Made by a program: the position numbers and the translations under genes | In this document: positions 17,751-24,541 of the stretch, piece after piece | Layout of the letters: every line of letters begins with the position of its first letter | How positions within the stretch are numbered: the first letter of the stretch is position 1 | Notes under the pieces: generated by a model | What the model was told of the DNA's origin: nothing | What the model saw: the letters and a program-made list of their open reading frames with translations, nothing else | Databases searched by the model: none | DNA from: a virus | DNA: 34,005 bases | Strand: one strand, 5' to 3' | Virus record (IMG/VR): IMGVR_UViG_3300017814_000057

Positions 17751-18337
17751 TGGAAGATAGAGCATCCGCACACCCGGGAAGATATAAATTTACCAACGTA
17801 TCTACCGGAGAAGAAATATATTTCGACGTAGAGCATGCCGACAAACCGACAACTGAAGGAACAGCATATAATAAATTAAACATATTGCCGGATGCAGTCG
17901 CAGAAGCTATAGGACTGGATCCGAATGATAATCCTGCACCGGCAGCAGCATTCAATATAATCGGCACGGTACCGCTGGATATACAGGAAGAGTATAAACC
18001 ATTAATAGCTCCGTTGAGCGTTACGCTTTCCGGATTCGTTTCCGGCTCGTATTTATATTACGGGATTCCGTGGGATTCTGAACTGAGGGTGTTTGTAAAA
18101 GTAAGCAAGACCACAGCCATGTCTGTAACGACTGCAATAGGGACCTTACCTTCAGGATACCGCCCTGCGGCAGCTCAGACACTTACGGCCTATGATTCCA
18201 GCGGCAATGCTATTCCCGGAGTGACAGTGACAATCGGGACCGACGGGACTGTCGCCGTTGCCGGAAGTGTTGATGCGAATACGGTTGTGATGGCATCATA
18301 TAATTCTTCAGAGTCGGGGGGAGGGGGAGGGGTCTGA
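17750..18337 (+). CDS. Tail fibre / receptor-binding protein, N-terminal ORF ending in a Gly run
   Basis: 195 aa ending ...SSESGGGGGV* inside a G6-A-G5-A-G4 tract. Confidence 0.55.
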   Translation: MEDRASAHPGRYKFTNVSTGEEIYFDVEHADKPTTEGTAYNKLNILPDAVAEAIGLDPNDNPAPAAAFNIIGTVPLDIQEEYKPLIAPLSVTLSGFVSGSYLYYGIPWDSELRVFVKVSKTTAMSVTTAIGTLPSGYRPAAAQTLTAYDSSGNAIPGVTVTIGTDGTVAVAGSVDANTVVMASYNSSESGGGGGV

Positions 18338-18687
18338 CATATAAGGATATAGACCGCCTGATATCGCAAAGCATAGAACTATATGATACAGAAGAAAGAA
18401 TTATCGGCACGTGGATCAATGGAAAACCACTTTACCAGAAAACCGTATCTTTTGGTGCGTTACCGAATGCCGCAAGCAAAGATGTAGCACATGGTATAAG
18501 TAATCTGAGTAAGGTGATTGATATATCTGGTTATTCCACGAACGGTAGTGGCACCTTTTTAAAGCTGAGTGGTTTGACATGGCAAACTAAAGTCACGGGC
18601 AGTTATATCGACATAATTACTACGGGGAATTTATCCTCTTACACACAAACATATATTACGCTGAAATATACCAAAACTACTGATTAA
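18304..18687 (+). CDS. Start-less open frame encoding a tail-fibre C-terminal (receptor-binding-like) domain
   Basis: The frame is open from 18304 to TAA 18685-18687 and reads ...LTYKDIDRLISQSIELYDTEERIIGTWINGKPLYQKTVSFGALPN...TLKYTKTTD. There is no ATG, GTG or TTG until 56 codons before the stop. It is absent from the ORF track. Confidence 0.6.
   Translation, partial: FFRVGGRGRGLTYKDIDRLISQSIELYDTEERIIGTWINGKPLYQKTVSFGALPNAASKDVAHGISNLSKVIDISGYSTNGSGTFLKLSGLTWQTKVTGSYIDIITTGNLSSYTQTYITLKYTKTTD
18316..18332 (+). repeat. G6-A-G5-A-G4 homopolymeric tract at the junction of the two fibre ORFs
   Basis: The tract tcggggggagggggaggggtctga contains the zero-frame heptamer G_GGG_GGA. Confidence 0.9.
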
Positions 18688-18695
18688 CACAGCAT

Positions 18696-18721
18696 GTCCT
18701 TTCCGGATGTGCGGAAAGGAC
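18696..18721 (+). promoter_or_regulatory. Perfect 10-bp hairpin that includes the SD of the next gene
   Basis: The sequence is GTCCTTTCCG-gatgtg-CGGAAAGGAC. The AAAGGA in the 3' arm is the only SD for ATG 18727. Confidence 0.5.
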
Positions 18722-18726
18722 GGATC

Positions 18727-19059
18727 ATGATAAGCAAGGCAGACATAGAAAAATTTATTGCAACACTGGCGGGGAAAGCAATAAAAAGCCGTACCGATAA
18801 TCAATTGATACAAACCGGAAGTGAAGCAACTACGGCAGGAACAGCAGGAACAATACTGACGGTAACGTTTCCTGAAGCCTTTGATAATAACGATGTAAGT
18901 ATAGCACTTACTGTCCAGAGATCTTCAGATAACAGCAGCTATAAAGTTCAACTGAAAACATTCAGCAAAACAGGGTTTGTCTGCGTTATTTATGGACCTG
19001 TAGCAACAGCATATAGCTGCAATGTAATATGGCAGGCAATAGGAACAAAAGCATCTTAA
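18727..19059 (+). CDS. H-type-lectin / gp53-like C-terminal domain protein (fibre accessory)
   Basis: It shows the pattern TVTFPEAFDNNDVSIALTV...TFSKTGFVCVIY...VIWQAIG. I prefer ATG 18727 over the track start 18694, which has no SD. Confidence 0.45.
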   Translation: MISKADIEKFIATLAGKAIKSRTDNQLIQTGSEATTAGTAGTILTVTFPEAFDNNDVSIALTVQRSSDNSSYKVQLKTFSKTGFVCVIYGPVATAYSCNVIWQAIGTKAS

Positions 19060-19091
19060 TTAAAGATTCCTGAATAAATTTAATTAACGAG

Positions 19092-19137
19092 ATCCTTATT
19101 AAAGAAAAACAGCAATTTCTTAATTAAGGATTTTTAT
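19092..19137 (+). terminator. AT-rich hairpin plus T-run between the tail and lysis modules
   Basis: ATCCTTATTAAAG (19092-19104) pairs 11/13 with CTTAATTAAGGAT (19119-19131) and is followed by TTTTTAT. Confidence 0.35.
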
Positions 19138-19171
19138 ATTGCCCGGGAAGGGCAGGAAAGGAGAAATTATC

Positions 19172-19663
19172 ATGTCAGTTAAAACAAAATATCTCAGTAA
19201 AGACGGTAGGAACTTTAAAGTATCTGAACATTTTAAGCTAAAGGAGTTTGCTTGTTCAGATGGTACGGACAAAGTAATGTATAGCACAACGATAGTAGCT
19301 ATGCTTGAAAAACTCAGAGCGCATTACGGCGGGCCTATCACGATAACATCCGGAAACAGATCGTATGCATATAACAAGAAGATAGGCGGTGCCAGTAATA
19401 GCGCTCATGTCATAGGCAGAGCTGTAGACTTCGTATGTCACGATAAAAACGGCAAAGTCATATCAGGAAAGAAAGTCTGCGTATATCTGGAATCTACCGT
19501 GAAGTGGAAGTGGGGCATAGGATATATGGGTAACGCCGTGCATATGGATACCAAATTCACTGGCAACCATATGGACGAGACTAAAAAGGACTCCTCCAGC
19601 CGTAATGGGTATTATACCCTGAACAAACATGGGCTGACCTTTAAAAAATATTTTGGGCTATAG
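19172..19663 (+). CDS. Endolysin, peptidase M15 (zinc D-Ala-D-Ala carboxypeptidase/VanY-like) family
   Basis: It carries SGNRSYAYN...SAHVIGRAVDF...GNAVHMD (an H-D-H zinc triad pattern). AAAGGAGA lies upstream of ATG 19172. Confidence 0.75.
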   Translation: MSVKTKYLSKDGRNFKVSEHFKLKEFACSDGTDKVMYSTTIVAMLEKLRAHYGGPITITSGNRSYAYNKKIGGASNSAHVIGRAVDFVCHDKNGKVISGKKVCVYLESTVKWKWGIGYMGNAVHMDTKFTGNHMDETKKDSSSRNGYYTLNKHGLTFKKYFGL

Positions 19664-19675
19664 GAGGACAGCAAC

Positions 19676-19972
19676 GTGGAGCAGTTTTCGACTACAGAAA
19701 TAATAATCGCATTTATAGGCTGCAATGGCCTCTGGGCAGTTGTGCTTTATCTTTTCCAGACAAGGGGGGCCATGAGAACGTTGATGAGAGCCGTATCATA
19801 CCATTTACTGTCTGACACGCTTAAACTCTGGATAGATACGGGATACGCTCCGCCAGAAGCAAGACAGGACGTAGAACATTTATATAAAGCCTATAAAGCA
19901 AATGGATGGAACGGCGACATGGATGCGCGAATTGAACAATTTTACGATATGCCAATGAAAAAAGGTGGTTGA
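19676..19972 (+). CDS. Membrane protein with a single N-terminal TM helix (holin/antiholin-like)
   Basis: 98 aa with a GTG start, a TM helix IIIAFIGCNGLWAVVLYLF and a soluble tail. Confidence 0.45.
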   Translation: MEQFSTTEIIIAFIGCNGLWAVVLYLFQTRGAMRTLMRAVSYHLLSDTLKLWIDTGYAPPEARQDVEHLYKAYKANGWNGDMDARIEQFYDMPMKKGG

Positions 19973-20393
19973 TATGAAAAAAGTAAAAGCACTGTTCACA
20001 GATCTGGCTTTCAACAAGAAGGTCACTATATACTGCCTTGCGCTGATCCCTGCTTTCTTCGTATGGATCTCGATCGTATCCCTGAAAATAGGGAAATGGG
20101 CTCCGCCTTCTATGAGCGTCCAGTTCCTCAAGACTATAGGGCTCATAATACTGGTCAGCTTTGGCGCGTATGCCGTTGGGGTTGTGATTCAAGGCCTGCG
20201 TACATGGTGGGCAAGGCATGAGAAGGAAAAAGAAGCGGATATGGATGACCGTCATGGCTGGCTCGAGTTCATAAAGAATTCTGCGGAAAAAGGCAAGGAA
20301 TATATAAACGAAGATAATATCAAACATGTGTCAGAGCGGCTCATCGGAGTACCGCTGTCTCCAAGACGCAAAAGAAAGGATGATAAAAAATGA
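19965..20393 (+). CDS. Two-TM membrane protein with a charged C-terminal tail (holin-like)
   Basis: It has TM helices VTIYCLALIPAFFVWISIVSL and TIGLIILVSFGAYAVGVVIQGL, and a tail ending RRKRKDDKK. Confidence 0.5.
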   Translation: MVDMKKVKALFTDLAFNKKVTIYCLALIPAFFVWISIVSLKIGKWAPPSMSVQFLKTIGLIILVSFGAYAVGVVIQGLRTWWARHEKEKEADMDDRHGWLEFIKNSAEKGKEYINEDNIKHVSERLIGVPLSPRRKRKDDKK

Positions 20394-20776
20394 ACGATAT
20401 CATAATGTCAATACTGCAGCCTGTGTTATATGCTGCAGGAGTAATTCTTATAGGAGTTGTATCAAAGCTGGCCGTGGCCAAGATCGAAGAGGCCAGGAAC
20501 AGTACCAGTAATACTTTTCTGGCCAGCCTGTTGAAACAGGCTGAAAACGTCGTAACCGACTGTGTACAGTCCACGAATCAGACGTATGTGGATGCTATAA
20601 AGGCGGCCAACAGTACCCTGTCTGAAGCAGAAGCGGCTACGGCATTAGAAAAAACAAAAACATCTGTATTGAAAGTGCTTTCTGAGGATACTATCGGATA
20701 TCTGAAAAACGCTGTAGGCGACTTTGAAGAGTGGTTGAAAACGAAAATAGAGGCCGCGGTGAAGGAAAGCAAGTAA
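20390..20776 (+). CDS. Holin, LL-H-family-like
   Basis: 128 aa with an N-terminal TM helix ILQPVLYAAGVILIGVVSKLAV followed by an Ala-rich helical tail. It is the last gene of the late operon. Confidence 0.55.
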   Translation: MNDIIMSILQPVLYAAGVILIGVVSKLAVAKIEEARNSTSNTFLASLLKQAENVVTDCVQSTNQTYVDAIKAANSTLSEAEAATALEKTKTSVLKVLSEDTIGYLKNAVGDFEEWLKTKIEAAVKESK

Positions 20777-20822
20777 AATAGCATAAGCCCCGGACGGACG
20801 ATAGGTGTGCCGGGCTGGATCA

Positions 20823-20863
20823 AAAGACCCCTTGCTTACGGTGTGTAGGTAGGGGGTCTTTTT
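20823..20863. terminator. Bidirectional rho-independent terminator between convergent late and cargo operons
   Basis: AAAGACCCC (20823-20831) pairs with GGGGTCTTT (20853-20861), with T-runs on both strands. Confidence 0.75.
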
Positions 20864-20872
20864 AATTTTTGA

Positions 20873-21295
20873 CTATTTAAGCAATCTTGTTATTAATTCG
20901 CCGGTAGATTCACCGGTTCTTTTTTTTATATTATCAATCTTATCTTTTGTGGCCGCCGACACATCTGCAGATATTTTTACTGATCCGTCTTCGACGGATC
21001 CGAAAGCGACCTCGTATTCGTCCCCGCTTAAATTTTTTGCGGCAAATTCGCGGGCGGTGTCCTCAGAGACCGGGATGATGTCTTCACCGGCTGCCGTCCA
21101 GTCTCCGCCCTGACTTGCCGGCTTAGCATATTTGCTGCCGGCACCACCCTCACCGTGGATAAAATATAATCCGGCCTTGGTACGGTACAAGGCCTCGGAG
21201 ACCCAGTACAGATCCCCAGGCAGACCGTTATCTCGGCTTGCTATCATTTTCGCTGTCTCTGTATTAAACCTATGTCCGTTTATAACCTTATTCAT
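20873..21295 (-). CDS. Hypothetical protein with a C-terminal ribbon-helix-helix-like module (cargo gene 2)
   Basis: 140 aa. The last ~35 aa, VKISADVSAATKDKIDNIKKRTGESTGELITRLLK, fit a strand-helix-helix pattern. The N-terminal domain is unrecognised. Confidence 0.55.
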   Translation of the reverse strand: MNKVINGHRFNTETAKMIASRDNGLPGDLYWVSEALYRTKAGLYFIHGEGGAGSKYAKPASQGGDWTAAGEDIIPVSEDTAREFAAKNLSGDEYEVAFGSVEDGSVKISADVSAATKDKIDNIKKRTGESTGELITRLLK

Positions 21296-21310
21296 TTTCC
21301 TTTCCTTTCC

Positions 21311-21333
21311 GGCTGGGAGTAACTCCCCCAGCC
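21311..21333 (-). promoter_or_regulatory. Intercistronic GC hairpin between the two cargo genes
   Basis: ggctgggag-taa-ctcccccagcc lies immediately 5' of the SD (GGAAAGGAAAGG) of the downstream gene on the minus strand. Confidence 0.5.
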
Positions 21334-21347
21334 TGTTTAAATTTCTT

Positions 21348-21740
21348 TTAAAATTCTTCCATTGCCTTTTTCATTTCTTTGCGATGTGCTTCGTATTTAT
21401 TTTCTGCTTCCATTTCTGCCTTAAATGCTTTGTCTTTCATTTCGCTTTCTTCCTTTGTGATTTCCGCCCAGATTTCATCCGGTATCAGCATCAGCATCGG
21501 CTGCCCGTTTACTACCCCCGTCTGGAGGCAATTGTGGCTGCCATAGTATATATGCTCTGCATTTTTCGGCTCTCCGTTTATCACAAGGCTGAATTTATAT
21601 GTATATTCCGGCATGTTTCGTTTTACTTCGATCTTCTGCCCGTCTGCGTTAATTATCTCGGTGCTGCTGATCTCGGTTGTTACTGTCAATTCTGTATTTG
21701 CTCCTCTTGCTGTTGTCCATTTATATTTATTAGTTTTCAT
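21348..21740 (-). CDS. Hypothetical protein (cargo gene 1): beta-rich N-half, K/E-rich helical tail
   Basis: 130 aa with a strong SD (GAGAGGAGA). No family was recognised. Confidence 0.55.
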   Translation of the reverse strand: MKTNKYKWTTARGANTELTVTTEISSTEIINADGQKIEVKRNMPEYTYKFSLVINGEPKNAEHIYYGSHNCLQTGVVNGQPMLMLIPDEIWAEITKEESEMKDKAFKAEMEAENKYEAHRKEMKKAMEEF

Positions 21741-21771
21741 TGCCTTTATCTCCTCTCTTTATCTTGTCTAT

Positions 21772-21800
21772 ATATTAGCATAAAATAATACATAAGTCAA
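21772..21800 (-). promoter_or_regulatory. Near-consensus sigma-70-type promoter for the cargo operon
   Basis: On the minus strand it reads TTGACT (21800-21795), a 17-nt spacer, then TAATAT (21777-21772). It lies ~30 nt upstream of the SD. Confidence 0.65.
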
Positions 21801-21940
21801 TAATTTTTAACAAAAAAATATTATTTAATTCAAAAAAAATAATCATTTGCGGTGTGCGGCGGGAGCTTTTTTATTGCTCAAATTTGGATATTAACATGGG
21901 AGTAAAGCTGAGACCCATTGATATCACTCAAACACAATAT

Positions 21941-21986
21941 GCTTCCCAAGCTGGATACGAGGGTTCGATTCCCTTCATCCGCTCCA
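21941..21986 (+). other. attP core: 3' 46 nt of a tRNA-Gly(CCC) gene (anticodon loop through CCA), not a complete tRNA
   Basis: The string gcTTCCCAAgctgg-atac-gagggTTCGATTccctt-catccgc-t-cca covers the anticodon loop, T-arm and 3' acceptor strand. No complementary 5' acceptor strand (gcggatg) lies upstream. Confidence 0.8.
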
Positions 21987-21995
21987 GAATAAAAA

Positions 21996-22039
21996 CCTTT
22001 GAAAATGCGCATTTTTCAACGCATATCAAAGGTTTTTTT
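21996..22039 (+). terminator. Rho-independent terminator carried directly behind the tRNA fragment
   Basis: CCTTTGA..ATGCG (21996-22009) pairs with CGCAT..TCAAAGG (22020-22032) and is followed by T7. Confidence 0.75.
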
Positions 22040-22079
22040 ATTGATTTCTATGCAGGTAAATTTTGTAATATACCTATTT

Positions 22080-22127
22080 ATCCTGTAATATCCTGTGGTA
22101 GACTGTGGGAATAGGTGTGGGAGTAAA
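22080..22127 (+). repeat. Phased short direct repeats in the attP arm (candidate integrase arm-type sites)
   Basis: ATCCTGT occurs at 22080 and 22090, and TGTGG(T/G)A at 22094, 22104 and 22116. GGGAGTAAA at 22119 is also found on the other arm at 21898. Confidence 0.45.
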
Positions 22128-22132
22128 ATTTA

Positions 22133-23296
22133 TTATATAACCCGAAGCCGCCTTCCTGGCTGCCTGAATTTCGGATTGCTGATCTTTTTCTTTTTGCCAT
22201 TATGATATTCGTTTATAAGTTTCGCCGCAGCTTCGACAGACTTGTCAGAGTGGTGCGTATATATCTTTGATGTGGTTTCTATGTCGCTGTGCCCCATGAG
22301 CTCTCTTGCCACGTTTATAGCCACACCGGCAGCCTGGAGATCTGTGCAGTATGTATGCCGGTAACAGTAAGCAATAAGGTCTTTTGCAACCGGCAATGGA
22401 TCCTGAAGCTGATTCCTCTTTACCTGACAGCCCATCGCAATGTTCATCTCGCGGATAAAACTTCTCCACAACCTGTACATGGCTGCCTTTGTATACATAT
22501 GACCGTCATTGTCCAGGACAAAATCAAAAGGTCCTTTATCCTCAGATTCTTTTTTAAGACGATTCAGGAGCTTGTCCGGTACCGGAATACTTCTGTATCC
22601 GGCATCAGACTTCGGGGTACCGATACGACTTTCTCCCTTGCGTGCAGAATCAATCTTTACATATCCTGAGTTTAAGTCTACATTTCTCCACTGCAATGCA
22701 GCCACCTCACCGGGCCTGAGCCCGAGATAAAGCATCAAAAGGATATATATCCCCGACTTGTGATATTCGGCTACCTGTAAGGTAAATTTGCGCTCCTTGG
22801 CCGTTATCGATCTGTTGGATCCATCACGGCATGGCGGCAGCTTTATGCTGTTTGTTGGATTCTCGAGTATAAGGTGATTCTCCATAGCCATCCTGAAGAG
22901 GTTGTTAAGTAGCTGCCGGAGCTTCAGCAACCGTGATTTACCCAATCCGCCGGCATTGTTCATTATGTTCTGGCAGTGCAGCTGTTTGACTGTACTGATC
23001 CGCATATGTCCGATCTCCGGATCTATATAATTTTTATATAGACTGTCTTTGTCTTTATATTTCAAATCCAGTTCATCGTTGCTGACATACGTTTTCATAT
23101 ATTCTTTCTTCCAGTCCCGGACAAGAGTATTGCGGTCAAGTATGATCCTGCCTTCTTCCAGAGCCTTTTTCCTTAAAGTAATCTTGGATATTAATTCTTC
23201 AGGATCCGAAGCGGTGACATCGTATCGCTTACCGTCAAATACAAACGTCTTTCTGTATACAGCCTTTTTATTATTGTCCTTCGCTTTTTTTGGCAT
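22133..23296 (-). CDS. int: Tyrosine integrase
   Basis: 387 aa. It carries GLRPGEVAALQW, YCYRHTYCTDL and LMGHSDIETTSKIYTH (the R..H-x-x-R..Y catalytic pattern), and lies next to attP. Confidence 0.9.
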   Translation of the reverse strand: MPKKAKDNNKKAVYRKTFVFDGKRYDVTASDPEELISKITLRKKALEEGRIILDRNTLVRDWKKEYMKTYVSNDELDLKYKDKDSLYKNYIDPEIGHMRISTVKQLHCQNIMNNAGGLGKSRLLKLRQLLNNLFRMAMENHLILENPTNSIKLPPCRDGSNRSITAKERKFTLQVAEYHKSGIYILLMLYLGLRPGEVAALQWRNVDLNSGYVKIDSARKGESRIGTPKSDAGYRSIPVPDKLLNRLKKESEDKGPFDFVLDNDGHMYTKAAMYRLWRSFIREMNIAMGCQVKRNQLQDPLPVAKDLIAYCYRHTYCTDLQAAGVAINVARELMGHSDIETTSKIYTHHSDKSVEAAAKLINEYHNGKKKKISNPKFRQPGRRLRVI

Positions 23297-23401
23297 GATT
23301 TAACCTCCTTAAGTGTAAAAAAAGAGGCCATGCAAATATTACATTTATCATTTTATCATAGCCTCTATACGCAAAAGCCTTTACACTTTTATAATGAATA
23401 T

Positions 23402-24100
23402 TTAATTCGTGCCCCAGTCCAAAGCACTTATAGCATATGAATCATGTTCTGGCAAATCATATACATCTATGTCAAAAGCTTTGGAAGCACCAGACTTTAA
23501 ATTGTCAACATACGAAGTATCTCCATAAACAATTTTACCATCCTTTTTAATCAAAACTGTAATAGCTACAGAATCAGTATCTATCTTACTGTTATTTTCA
23601 ACCTGCCCGGTATAAGAAACATCACCATAACTATCTTTTCGTTCTTTGGTCCCCGAACATTTAAAATCAGATGATTTTATAACATCATTTGATGGCTGCA
23701 CCTTATCTCCTGATGATATTGTAAATTTTACTTTTTCCGGCTTGCTCCCGCTACAATCAAGCGAAGAACCGAAAGACTGCTTTTCTCCAGGCTGGATATT
23801 AGATAAAACCTGATCATCTGTTGATAAAACTGCACCGTCTGAATCATATGCAGTAATAGTAACCGTTGGGAAATCGTATGCATAATCAGAATTCATATTC
23901 TCTATAGTAGCACCCCAACATACATATACATCAGAATCATCAGATTGAATAGAATAACCGCTATCTACAATTTTAACCTTTGCTGAAGAATTGTCATTAG
24001 ATGAAGTATCACTGGAATTGCTATTTGATGTTGCTCCACATCCAGAAATCATAAAAGCAAATATCGCAACAAGAAATAATGTTGAAATTTTTCTTTTCAT
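23402..24100 (-). CDS. Lipoprotein with two tandem beta-rich (FxLYD/DUF4352-like) domains
   Basis: The signal peptide plus lipobox is MKRKISTLFLVAIFAFMISG|C. The two halves share the pattern G-x-(I/V)-EN-...-(V/A)-IT-...-DG-...-N(I/L)-x-(P/S)-G-x-x-K-x-F. GGAGG precedes ATG 24100. Confidence 0.75.
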   Translation of the reverse strand: MKRKISTLFLVAIFAFMISGCGATSNSNSSDTSSNDNSSAKVKIVDSGYSIQSDDSDVYVCWGATIENMNSDYAYDFPTVTITAYDSDGAVLSTDDQVLSNIQPGEKQSFGSSLDCSGSKPEKVKFTISSGDKVQPSNDVIKSSDFKCSGTKERKDSYGDVSYTGQVENNSKIDTDSVAITVLIKKDGKIVYGDTSYVDNLKSGASKAFDIDVYDLPEHDSYAISALDWGTN

Positions 24101-24160
24101 AATTTTTCCTCCCATAAATCAAAACTTATCATCAATGCATATGTTGCATTAAAAGACTCC

Positions 24161-24541
24161 CTATAAAAAACCATAATATATCAAACAATCTCTTATAAAT
24201 TCTTCATCCAGATCCAGATAATCGGATATCTCATAAACCGCAGTATATCCCAACAACACAGCATCCATTATGTCTGACAAAGGCACAAGTTTTTTAAAAG
24301 CCCAACGCCTGGCCTTATATTCCTGCTTCTGATTCTCTATGTTGGATTGATCCAAGATATCATCGCACCCCATGCAGTGATGCCCCAACTCTTCAGCCAG
24401 CAAACATACCTTCCTGTTCTCCGGCTCGTTCTTTCTGATCCTGATACATCCATCGGCATATAACCCCTCAATAGTCGTGTCCGCTTCTTCAATGTAGAGG
24501 TCATTGTCATATTCCGACAACAATTCCTCATACATTGTCAT
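24161..24541 (-). CDS. ImmA/IrrE-family metallopeptidase
   Basis: It has LAEELGHHCMG (an HExxH-type motif) and a TAATG overlap with the repressor gene stop. Confidence 0.75.
   Translation of the reverse strand: MTMYEELLSEYDNDLYIEEADTTIEGLYADGCIRIRKNEPENRKVCLLAEELGHHCMGCDDILDQSNIENQKQEYKARRWAFKKLVPLSDIMDAVLLGYTAVYEISDYLDLDEEFIRDCLIYYGFL

Noticed and set aside
20873-21740. A confident call of the cargo pair as a classical type II toxin-antitoxin system
   Set aside because: The RHH-like module is C-terminal rather than N-terminal, neither protein matches a toxin fold I recognise, and the genes do not overlap. I kept it as a hypothesis in the findings, not as an annotation.
21132-21788. 218-aa plus-strand ORF across the cargo region
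   Set aside because: It is antisense to both cargo genes, which have strong SDs and a promoter. It is extremely Phe/Cys/Leu-rich and low complexity, so it is a shadow ORF.
21941-21986. A functional phage-encoded tRNA
   Set aside because: Only the 3' 46 nt are present. There is no D-arm and no 5' acceptor strand complementary to CATCCGC upstream.
21854-22114. 86-aa plus-strand ORF next to the integrase gene
   Set aside because: It runs through the tRNA-Gly fragment, its terminator and the attP arm repeats. It has no SD, so the sequence is better explained as attP.
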